From Promethearchaeia archaeon (GTDB lineage Archaea > Asgardarchaeota > Lokiarchaeia > Sigyniarchaeales > SOKP01), in contig JAWOFX010000057.1 of assembly GCA_046497275.1 (NCBI GenBank), positions 117,249-149,248 of the forward strand: DNA of 32,000 bases, read 5' to 3'. A model generated the notes under the pieces. It saw only the letters and a program-made list of their open reading frames with translations, had not been told where the DNA came from and ran no database searches. Made by a program: the position numbers and the translations under genes. Below, one piece after another: positions 9,875 through 18,647 of this stretch. Numbering within the stretch: the stretch's first letter is position 1; every line of letters starts with the position of its first letter.

Positions 9875-11203
9875 TTAGTATCCCCTTAATAAGTCTCTAA
9901 AAATTTTTTTTCTCTCTTGTGGTGATAAAGCAAGCATCTCTTTTATAAATAATTTTTTGTCTTCTCGTTTCCACTTAAATAAATCTATTAATTCAAAAAA
10001 TTCCTCAGATATGGCCGTAATTAATAAATCTTTTCTATGTGGTGCTAAGTCACATTGTTTTTTGAGAATAGACTTTACTTTCCTCTTATCACTTAATTGG
10101 TTCACAATATTAAATGTGGAAGGGTTTTTAGAAGAAGTATAATATTTATCCAAATTGTTATGATAATTAATAGCAAAAATAACACCTATTCCAATTATAA
10201 GGATATATATTACAATAGGGACAATTATCAGCGTTATGGTATTATTAGATTGAGTCATTAGGATGATCCCTTCAAACCCTATAGAAAAATCATGAAAAAT
10301 ACTATCATTTTTTAAATTTTGATAATTAAAATACATTTTTGAGCAGTAATTAGTAATTACACTTTTTACATTTACTTCCCTTTCTGTTTCATTTATCTTC
10401 ACTAAATCTCTCCAAGAAAAATATCCGGAATCATCTTTATTACCTTTTATATTTAAAGATTCTTCTCTTGTAATAAATTGATATTTTTCATTCTCAGTAT
10501 ATTCATTTTCAACAATTTGGCTTTCAGATTTGATCTCAGTCACAAGACTTAAGCTTGAGTTCTCTGAATCAAAGGTGAAATTATTAATTTCAGAGATTAT
10601 ATGAATCTGCGTCGGGGGGACAATTCTTTCATCAACCTTAATAAACTCATTTGAAAAATAGAAATTTACTATAAATGTCTCATTTTTCATTCCAATTTTG
10701 AAATGATGGTTATTTCCATTATATCCGTTTTCAATAAATTCATATTCTAATAAAGTGAGATTATGAATTAATAAAGTTTTAATTAGATGATCTGACTCAT
10801 TTGAGTAAATATCGTCTCCATTTTCATCATTATACTCAATAATTTTGACGAATGTTAAATTAAAAAAAATAGCATCCACAATATTTTCGTTATTATCTAA
10901 AATCTGATAATTAGTATAACTAACTGAAATATAAGCATCATTATAATTAATATTATAGATTATATTATTTTGATAAGAATTCTTCACACCAACCGAATTA
11001 AAAATAATAAAATCATCATTAAAAGTCAAATTTGTATCTCTTTTATTAATAAATTCAATATTATTGGCAATAGAATCAAGATCATCATCCCCAGACAAAT
11101 TAGAAAATCCAATTGTAAATAGAATAAATCCCAAAGAAATCCCTATTACAAAAATTAGAATAATAAAAATAATTATAGAAACAAATTTGATTTTCTTTTT
11201 CAT
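9875..11203 (-). CDS. Two-TM membrane protein: N-terminal anchor, large glycosylated extracellular domain, second TM, ~90 aa helical cytoplasmic tail
   Basis: Hydrophobic residues ~7-32 and ~323-347; 11 N-X-S/T sequons between them; 38 bp upstream of the wHTH gene on the same strand. Confidence 0.75.
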   Translation of the reverse strand: MKKKIKFVSIIIFIILIFVIGISLGFILFTIGFSNLSGDDDLDSIANNIEFINKRDTNLTFNDDFIIFNSVGVKNSYQNNIIYNINYNDAYISVSYTNYQILDNNENIVDAIFFNLTFVKIIEYNDENGDDIYSNESDHLIKTLLIHNLTLLEYEFIENGYNGNNHHFKIGMKNETFIVNFYFSNEFIKVDERIVPPTQIHIISEINNFTFDSENSSLSLVTEIKSESQIVENEYTENEKYQFITREESLNIKGNKDDSGYFSWRDLVKINETEREVNVKSVITNYCSKMYFNYQNLKNDSIFHDFSIGFEGIILMTQSNNTITLIIVPIVIYILIIGIGVIFAINYHNNLDKYYTSSKNPSTFNIVNQLSDKRKVKSILKKQCDLAPHRKDLLITAISEEFFELIDLFKWKREDKKLFIKEMLALSPQERKKIFRDLLRGY

Positions 11204-11734
11204 TTTTGATTTAATTTTCTAATTAAATTGAAATTATTATAGATTAACGTTTATAACATCATTTAAAATACTATGGTAAAATAGTGAAGTTTAAAAGTTC
11301 ATATAATAATTCATTCTGTCATCATCTTTTTTTTGATAAATTGTCTATATTTATCTCATTTATTACTGGATAATAGCTCGTATAAGTTTAATGGATATAA
11401 GAAAATATAAAAATTTGGAGATATGAGTATATAAAATAATCATAGTCACGAAAAATGAAAAATATCGTAGAGCATTCTTGTTCGTCGAATTCTCCTGACT
11501 AATTCAAGTATTAATAAAAAATGAGTAACCATAAGCAATCTGAATTTAGATTCACCATTGTAATTAATTCTACTACATTAATCTGTAAATTTATTCCAAA
11601 TAATTAATAAATATCAATGCTAAGATATGGGGGATTTTTCGTACTAATAATTTTGGGAATAGTTGTTTTTAAGTTAAAATAATTTTTTTAAAGTTTAATA
11701 TTTAAATCCTTGTTAAATTTATATGCAAATGACG

Positions 11735-12439
11735 ATGAATTTTCAGAGATACGAATCCAGATCTGAAGCTGGAATTATTTTAACTAAATTTATTGAAGAA
11801 AAAGATAATGAGTTATTTTTGGATATTAAAAAGAACGGTAATAATTATTTTTGTTTATGCATTCCAAATGGGGGAGTTCCAGTCGCTGAAAGTTTCTGTT
11901 CGAAATTAAAAATTAGATATGATTTGCTTATTGTACGTAAGATGAAAATTCCCTATAACCCAGAAGCAGGATTTGGTTCAATCACAACTGATGGAACAGT
12001 GTTAATTAATGATTCACTTATGGAATACTTGAACTTAACAGAAATGGATATTAACGATGCGATTGAACAAACCAAATTAGAAATAGAGGAACGCTTAGAA
12101 TTTTATAATAAACCAAAGGATCTCTCTACTCAATATAGGCATAAAATAGAATCAAAAGTGATATTCTTAATTGATGACGGATTAGCATCTGGATTTACTA
12201 TGTTGGCAGCGATTAATATGGTGAAGAAATATAATCCTATGAAAGTGTATGTAGCAGTCCCTATAGCACCACACAGAACTATTGTAAAAATCGATGTGAA
12301 AGTAGATAAAGTATTTTGTCCAAAAATAAAAAAAACTTTAAGATTTGCTGTTGCCAGTGCTTATAGGAACTGGTATGATTTATCCGAATCTGAGGTGCTT
12401 AAAATCATTAGATCTTCTGAATATTATCGAGACAGATAA
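11735..12439 (+). CDS. Type I phosphoribosyltransferase (COG1926-like), intact copy
   Basis: IPNGGVPVA, LIVRKMKIP..PEAGFGSI, PRPP-binding 'IFLIDDGLASGFTM', 'VAVPIAP', 'SAYRNWYDL'. Start may be 11723 or 11735. Confidence 0.9.
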   Translation: MNFQRYESRSEAGIILTKFIEEKDNELFLDIKKNGNNYFCLCIPNGGVPVAESFCSKLKIRYDLLIVRKMKIPYNPEAGFGSITTDGTVLINDSLMEYLNLTEMDINDAIEQTKLEIEERLEFYNKPKDLSTQYRHKIESKVIFLIDDGLASGFTMLAAINMVKKYNPMKVYVAVPIAPHRTIVKIDVKVDKVFCPKIKKTLRFAVASAYRNWYDLSESEVLKIIRSSEYYRDR

Positions 12440-12782
12440 ATTTTTACAATTTAGCAAGCTTGAAATAGAAAAAATCTAATATTGTTCCTTCAATATCTCT
12501 ATAATCAAAAGAAATTAAAAGTGACCAAGTAATTTGATTTCATTCTTTAATAAGCTCTCATTAAGATAAGGGAATTTTCCCATAGGAAAAACTGATGGAT
12601 TTAGCATGATTCAATATTTTTTATATCTCCTTAACTTCATTTATAAATATACATCCATTTATGATATAAAAGACTATAATAAAAAAAAAACGAATTATAA
12701 TTCCTTGAATAAATTTTCCATCTTTTAATTTTCATCAAAAAAATATTTAAATAAAATTAATGCAAAAGAAAGAGATATTATT

Positions 12783-15527
12783 TTATCTTTTTCGCTTTAT
12801 TATCTGTTTTCGAATAAATTTTCTTATTTCATCTCCAATAAATACAGTAGAAGATATTAAAACTATAAATAGCCAGTCTAAAAGCGAAAGTGGAGCTGTA
12901 CCTAAAAGCCAGTTAAAGAAAAATAAGTACACAGCAGCTATCTGAAGTATAATCGAGACAAATATTGCACCGATAAGATATTTATTTGAAAAAACGCCTA
13001 GTTCAAAAAGAGATTTTGTTCTAGAACGACAATTAAGGGAATTAAATACTTGAAACATTGCCATAGTTGTAAAAGCGATTGTTTGAGCTTTTATAAATGT
13101 ATTATATTTATTCATTCCATAAACAAACATGAAAAGTGTTCCGATCATCATCAATGAACCTACATAAATAATATTAAGAAATATTTCTTTATTAAATATA
13201 CGTTCATCGGGGTTCCGGGGGTTTTGCGCCATAACATCACCTTCCCCCTTTTCCATGGCTAAAGTAACATCTAACACTCCGTCTGTAACTAAATTCACCC
13301 ATAGAACTTGTACAGGTGTAAAAATGAGGAAAATGTCACCAAATAAAAAAGGGAGTAAGAATAATGAGACCAAGATAACCGCGTCTTCTCCGACATTAGT
13401 ACAAAGCAAGTATTTGACTACCTTTCTCACATTCTGAAATATTACACGCCCTTCTTCAATCGCATTAACAATACTTGAAAAATTATCATCAGTTAATACC
13501 ATCTCTGAGGCTTCTTTAGCAACATCTGTACCTGTTATTCCCATAGCAACACCAACATCTGCTTTTTTAAGAGCGGGGGCATCATTTACCCCATCACCTG
13601 TCATACAAACAACATGATTTTTACGTTTTAACGAAGATACAATTTTATATTTATCCTCTGGTGATACTCGCGCAAAAATACTGGTATTTCCGATTTTTTC
13701 ATCGAGTTCGTCCTCGTCAAAATCCCTCAACTCCTCTCCGGTAATGATAAAATTGCCTTCTTGGTGGATTCCAATTTCACTCCCTATCGCTTTAGCAGTA
13801 AGCTTATGATCTCCGGTTGCCATAATTACTTTTATACCCGCCCTTTTACAGAGATTTATTGCGTTATGTACCTCTGGTCTGGGAGGATCAATCATCCCAA
13901 CTGTGCCTTGAAAAATTAATTTTTTTTCCCCTTTTTCTAATTTTTCCTTAAAGCTTTCAATTTGAGTTTTTTCAATAGTTTGTGTTGCAAATGCAAGATT
14001 TCTTAATGCCTTTTCTGCGATCTCATTGGTAGTATCCATTACGTTGTCAATCCTTTTTTGTGTTAATTCCCTGATTTCTCCATTACTTGAGATATGGGAA
14101 CATATTTTCAGTACACTTTCAGGAGCTCCTTTGAGATAAACGTGAACTTCTTCCGAAGGGGTTTCATGGAATGTCGCCATATATTTTCTTTCTGAATTAA
14201 AGGGTATTTCGTCTATTCGGTTATATGTTTCATTAACTTCTTCTTTATGGATTCCCTTTTTCGCGGCTAATACCAACAATGCTCCTTCTGTAGGGTCTCC
14301 ATATATTTCCCATTTACTTTCTCCCGATTCTAGTTTATGACTTCTTAAACGAGCATCATTACAAAGAGTAGCTGTATATAGTAATGGTTTAAGAGGCTTA
14401 AGCGAGTCCATTTCTATTACCTTCCCATCGAGTTCAAATTTCCCTTCAGGAGTAAATCCCGTCCCAGTGACATCAATGATTTTTCCATCCACAACAATTT
14501 TTCGAACTGTCATTTCATTTGTTGTCAAAGTTCCTGTTTTATCACTGCAGATTACTGTTGTTGCTCCTAATGTGTCTACAGCATGTAATTTACGGATTAT
14601 GGCCTTCCGTTGTGCCATTCTATTTACTCCCACTGCCAACGTGATAGTCATTACCACAGGCAATCCCTCTGGAATTGAAGATACCGCTGAAGCTACAGTA
14701 AATAAGAAAACTTCAACTAATTCCAGCCCCAAAAAAAAAGCAGTAAGAAATGTTAATATACTTACACCTAAAGCTAAAATCGCGAATTTTTTTACTAGAT
14801 TAGAAAGCTTGGTTTGAAGTGGTGTCTTTTCCATTTCAGTACTTTTTATTAAATCTGCGATTTCTCCCATCTCTGTACTCATACCAGTTTCAACAACAAC
14901 AGCTTTTCCCCTTCCATAAGTCACTACAGTACCTGAATAAGCTATATTTCTCCTATTGGCAACAATTATATTCTCATCAAGTTTTTTTGTTGTTTTTTTA
15001 ACAGAAACTGACTCTCCCGTCAACATAGATTCATCAATTTCAAGATTAATTGCCTCAAAAATTCGTGCATCAGCAGGAACTCTATCACCTCCCTCAAGAA
15101 GTAAAATATCTCCGGGAACCAATTCAGTTGCTTTAATACGCATCTCAACACATTTGTTGTCTTCCGGACACCTAATAACATCACATTCTGGACTAATCAT
15201 TGATTTAAGTGCTTTTATACTAGTTTCAGCTTTGTATTCTTGAAAAAACCCAATTGCAGTATTAAACACAATAACTAGTCCGATTACAATTGTATCAGCA
15301 TATTTATCGAATATAAAGGTAATTATTGCTGTTATAAAAATAATATAAACTATTGGATTCCTTATTTGTGCTAAAAGAACTTCAATCTTGCTAATTGGCT
15401 CCTCTTCTTCTATTTCATTAGGACCATACTTTTCAAGTCTTCGCTCAATTTCGTCCTCGGAGAGCCCTTTTGGAGATGTATCTAATTTTTTGAAAACTTC
15501 TTCAGTGCCTAAACTATGCCATTTCAT
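12783..15527 (-). CDS. P-type IIA (SERCA-like) cation-transporting ATPase, probably Ca2+
   Basis: TGES, IPEGLP, phosphorylation site DKTGTLT, KGAPE, DPPR, TGD, GDGVND, TM5 'TNVGE', TM6 'WVNLVTDG'. Confidence 0.93.
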   Translation of the reverse strand: MKWHSLGTEEVFKKLDTSPKGLSEDEIERRLEKYGPNEIEEEEPISKIEVLLAQIRNPIVYIIFITAIITFIFDKYADTIVIGLVIVFNTAIGFFQEYKAETSIKALKSMISPECDVIRCPEDNKCVEMRIKATELVPGDILLLEGGDRVPADARIFEAINLEIDESMLTGESVSVKKTTKKLDENIIVANRRNIAYSGTVVTYGRGKAVVVETGMSTEMGEIADLIKSTEMEKTPLQTKLSNLVKKFAILALGVSILTFLTAFFLGLELVEVFLFTVASAVSSIPEGLPVVMTITLAVGVNRMAQRKAIIRKLHAVDTLGATTVICSDKTGTLTTNEMTVRKIVVDGKIIDVTGTGFTPEGKFELDGKVIEMDSLKPLKPLLYTATLCNDARLRSHKLESGESKWEIYGDPTEGALLVLAAKKGIHKEEVNETYNRIDEIPFNSERKYMATFHETPSEEVHVYLKGAPESVLKICSHISSNGEIRELTQKRIDNVMDTTNEIAEKALRNLAFATQTIEKTQIESFKEKLEKGEKKLIFQGTVGMIDPPRPEVHNAINLCKRAGIKVIMATGDHKLTAKAIGSEIGIHQEGNFIITGEELRDFDEDELDEKIGNTSIFARVSPEDKYKIVSSLKRKNHVVCMTGDGVNDAPALKKADVGVAMGITGTDVAKEASEMVLTDDNFSSIVNAIEEGRVIFQNVRKVVKYLLCTNVGEDAVILVSLFLLPFLFGDIFLIFTPVQVLWVNLVTDGVLDVTLAMEKGEGDVMAQNPRNPDERIFNKEIFLNIIYVGSLMMIGTLFMFVYGMNKYNTFIKAQTIAFTTMAMFQVFNSLNCRSRTKSLFELGVFSNKYLIGAIFVSIILQIAAVYLFFFNWLLGTAPLSLLDWLFIVLISSTVFIGDEIRKFIRKQIIKRKR

Positions 15528-15720
15528 TACGAAATTAGTTAATTTTTTAATATAATTAAATTTTTGTTCAATAAATTAAATTAAATGTATCGAAATTTGA
15601 AGAACTTAGAAATAAATAGTTTATTTTAATAATTAATAATCTATTGGCAAAAATCAACTTCATCCTAAAGAATGAGTATTCTTTTACTTTTTGTAATAAA
15701 TAGCTCTATAATTTATTCTT

Positions 15721-15804
15721 ACCAGTGCTTATAAAAACTTTTATGATTTACAAGAATCTGAAGTTTCTAAAATTATTGAATCTTCAGAACATTATTCAGA
15801 TTAA
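15721..15804 (+). pseudogene. C-terminal fragment of a phosphoribosyltransferase (not in the ORF track)
   Basis: Translates TSAYKNFYDLQESEVSKIIESSEHYSD*, versus the intact copy's ASAYRNWYDLSESEVLKIIRSSEYYRDR*: 19/27 identical, ending at the equivalent stop. In-frame TAA at 15709 upstream and no start codon. Confidence 0.85.
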
Positions 15805-15829
15805 AAAATATCAGAAATTGATTATAATT

Positions 15830-16960
15830 CTAATTTTGATCTTTAAAATACTCTAAAACCCGCTTCATACAACTAAAAGAACTCTTTATTTTCGTTACAT
15901 CTGATAAATAGGTAGTGTTATATAGAACTGCGTGCCTAAGACCTGCTTTAGCATATTCTTCAATTTCCCCGATTACTTCGTCAACTGTTCCATATAAATA
16001 CATATCCTGACACATCTTAGCCGGAATTTCTTCTATTGCATTAAGTATCGTTTCCTCATCATATTTCGTGGGAATATACTCTAATAATCCATAAAAGTCT
16101 CTCCCAAACGGATGACTCGTCCCATATTGCTCAAAAAACTTATCTGGGAGCGTGAGTAATTGATTTTTTGATAGAGGTGATTGAATAATATCCTCACATG
16201 CATTATGATCCTCATCAATTACTAAATAGCAGAAGAGAGCAGGAGTAATAGATTCAGGATCTCTTCCATCTTTTTTCGCCGATTCTTTAATCTTTTCTAA
16301 TCTTTTTTTATAGGCTTTCGGACTAGAATATGCGGGAAGCCATCCATCAGCTAGCTTTCCCGTGATTTCTAACATTTTTGGCCCATGAGCTGCAACCCAT
16401 ATTGGAGGATACACACCTTCTTTGTAAGGATGTAATTGTAATATGGCATCTTTTAATGTCCAAAAATCTCCATCATAACTCACCTTATGATTGTGTTCCC
16501 ATAATAATTTTATAATTTGTAAAGCCTCTTCCAATCGTGAGACGGGTTTTTCCCATTTTATACCATAAGGAATAGTATTTTCTCCTTCTCCTGCTCCAAT
16601 TCCTAAGATAAATCTCCCTTTGGAAATGTTATCCTGAGTTAAAGCTATTTGAGCCAAGACTGCTGGATGTCGTCTAAATACTTCGGTCACACTCGTTCCT
16701 AAATTGATTCTTGAAGTATTCCATCCCGCAACAGCTAGAGTAGAGAAAGCCTCATAAAAATGATGGGGATATTTATTAAATGTGGCAGCTTTTACTAGTT
16801 CTGGACGCCAAATAGACTCGGGGGTCCAACCCATTATATGGTCCGATAACCATGCAGAATCATAACCGCTCTTTTCTATACGCGTGATCGAATTAATTCC
16901 GTCTTCAATTGGGGTGATAAAGGTTGCCTCAGTTCCGATTTTAATATTATCTATGTCCAT
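15830..16960 (-). CDS. LLM-class (luciferase-like) oxidoreductase, probably F420-dependent; resembles the phthiodiolone ketoreductase subfamily
   Basis: 'WLSDH', 'RRHPAVLAQ', '[28 protein letters not shown]', '[11 protein letters not shown]', 'ADGWLP'. ATG 16960 or TTG 16972. Confidence 0.85.
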   Translation of the reverse strand: [376 protein letters not shown]

Positions 16961-17143
16961 TCTCTTTTTCAACTTGTTTAATAGTTATTTAACTTTTTTA
17001 ATTTTCTTTTACTTAAATTTGTTGATTAAATTTCTCCTTAAACTAATCCAAACAATCCACTAGAAGAATTAAAATATGTAAATTTTTCACTCATGGGTTG
17101 ATATCTTAAGAAAAAGGAAAAAGGAAAAAAAGAAAAATATATA

Positions 17144-17410
17144 TTAATCGCTTTCCAACTTGAACAAAATTGAGGAATGAGGGATATAAAATTCATCATC
17201 ACTCTTTACTATTATTGTATGAAAATATTCAGCGAGCCCTAGAAAACCTCGAATCACGGACTCATCCTCTTCAAATCTGAAGGTTACTTTTGCAATAGTA
17301 TTTTTTGAAATTATATCTGCTTTATCATAAACTCTCTCATCAACAAGAGGAATCTTCAATTCGTTCACTATTTCGTATACTCTTTTAACAAATAATTCAT
17401 TCTTACCTAT
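17144..17410 (-). CDS. Small soluble hypothetical protein (~88 aa if it starts at ATA 17410; 74 aa from GTG 17368)
   Basis: The frame stays open with coding-like residues upstream of the GTG ((I)GKNELFVKRVYEI-VNELKIPL). SD-like GGTGG lies 6 nt before ATA 17410. Confidence 0.65.
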   Translation of the reverse strand: MGKNELFVKRVYEIVNELKIPLVDERVYDKADIISKNTIAKVTFRFEEDESVIRGFLGLAEYFHTIIVKSDDEFYIPHSSILFKLESD

Positions 17411-17750
17411 CTTTGACCACCACTTTAAGAGATATAATAATCTTGATTTCTCAAATATTAAGAATTTTTGTTTTAATATTTGTTATGAATCTTATTATAT
17501 ATTAACATATAAGAATTCGCATTTTTAATAATTAATATTTGTGTTTTTTCCACTCCCTTTTAAAAATTATCTAAAGGATGGAATATTTACTACAAACCAA
17601 TATTCAATTTTTAAAAATATTTTTTCAAGAAACACTCCCAAAACGCACACATCTTATTTTTGAGTAATATGGAATAGATTCTATTACGAAATTATTTTTT
17701 CTTTCGAAAAGATGGCTTACATGTAAAAATACACTATAAATATAAACAGA

Positions 17751-17770
17751 CAAAAATAAATTTATATAAA
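17751..17770 (+). promoter_or_regulatory. Candidate BRE/TATA promoter for the Pro-rich gene
   Basis: Purine-rich CAAAAATAAA followed by TTTATATA (17761-17768), ~65 nt upstream of GTG 17834; SD-like GAGGA at 17820-17824. Confidence 0.45.
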
Positions 17771-17833
17771 TAAACTTTCATATTATACATACAAATACAT
17801 AAATTTGAAAAATTATTTTGAGGATCGATTTTT

Positions 17834-18529
17834 GTGCCATCGGAAAAGAAGAAGATTAGTAGAGTAATTGACTTTATGAAAAAAGGATTAACCAGTTTAG
17901 CTGATGAATTAGAAGAGACTGTGAAAAATATAAATTCTTTTATTGATTCTCTTCAAAAAGCTGAGAAAGATCTGAAGGGAATTAGCATTGAAAAAGTAAC
18001 CACTGTCAGTACGTCATCTCAACAAGTGGTTGCCCCAACATCAGATGCGAAATCTACGGCAGCCAATACACTATTTAGCTTATTAAGTGGCTCTCAAGCT
18101 GGCGCGGGTATATCTCAACCAGCTACAGCCCAATCTAGTGGTTTGAAAGCTCCAACATTAGGAGGACCTAAAGCACCAAGCGCGGGACCACCTAAAGCGC
18201 CATCCTCTGGCCCTCCTAAAGCACCGTCTGCCGGACCACCAAAGAAATCAAATTTACCTCCAGCACCAAAACCATCCGCAGGACCTCCAAAAGCACCAAG
18301 CGCGGGACCACCAAAGGCACCAACATCGGGACCTCCAAGCACACCAGCATCATCTGGACCACCAAAGGCACCAACATCGGGACCTCCAAGCACACCAGCA
18401 TCAGCAGGTCCACCAGCAGCCCCTAGAGCACCTGCAACAGCACCTAAGGCAGGAGGAGGTTTGAGCTCACTGAGAGATGAAATGTTGGATGAATTAAATC
18501 GCTTAAAAAAGATTATGCGTGGAGAATAA
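17834..18529 (+). CDS. Coiled-coil / proline-rich / C-terminal WH2-like protein (candidate actin-binding or nucleation-promoting factor)
   Basis: Heptad I12-L19-L26-I33-L40-L47; amphipathic 'AANTLFSLLSG'; nine GPP-containing repeats; terminal 'GGGLSSLRDEMLDELNRLKKIMRGE'. GTG start with SD. Confidence 0.8.
   Translation: MPSEKKKISRVIDFMKKGLTSLADELEETVKNINSFIDSLQKAEKDLKGISIEKVTTVSTSSQQVVAPTSDAKSTAANTLFSLLSGSQAGAGISQPATAQSSGLKAPTLGGPKAPSAGPPKAPSSGPPKAPSAGPPKKSNLPPAPKPSAGPPKAPSAGPPKAPTSGPPSTPASSGPPKAPTSGPPSTPASAGPPAAPRAPATAPKAGGGLSSLRDEMLDELNRLKKIMRGE
18161..18448 (+). repeat. Intragenic tandem repeat encoding GPPKAPS(A/S)/GPPSTPAS units, including an exact 48-bp duplication
   Basis: GGACCACCAAAGGCACCAACATCGGGACCTCCAAGCACACCAGCATCA occurs at 18305-18352 and 18356-18403 (51-bp period); the other units are synonymously diverged. 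Confidence 0.92.
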
Positions 18530-18530
18530 A

Positions 18531-18560
18531 TCTTATTCCTTTTTAACCTATTTTTCTCCT
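18531..18560 (+). terminator. Possible oligo-T terminator after the Pro-rich gene
   Basis: Pyrimidine/T tracts TCTTATTCCTTTTTAACCTATTTTTCTCC immediately after the stop. Confidence 0.4.
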
Positions 18561-18647
18561 AAATTATTTAGTGATCTTTATTCTTTTTTGGATATTAATC
18601 ATTAAAAGATTAGATTTTAATGCTTTAATAAATAATCATTCAACAGA

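Noticed and set aside
11537-11552. Imperfect palindrome AATCTGAATTTAGATT between divergent genes
   Set aside because: Single occurrence, very AT-rich, no second copy found to support an operator.
12570-12581. Palindrome GGGAATTTTCCC in the convergent PRT/ATPase gap
   Set aside because: Only a 5-bp arm, not followed by a clear T-tract, single copy.
12591-12606. 'GATGGATTTAGCAT' resembling the PRT DDGLAS coding sequence (possible missing middle of the broken PRT)
   Set aside because: The match needs an indel, is ~13 nt long and does not extend in either direction.
18115-18413. Two antisense ORFs (92 aa Gly/Ala/Pro repeat; 65 aa 'LEVPMLVPLVV' repeat)
   Set aside because: Shadows of the GC-rich Pro-repeat on the opposite strand; their periodicity is fully explained by the sense gene.
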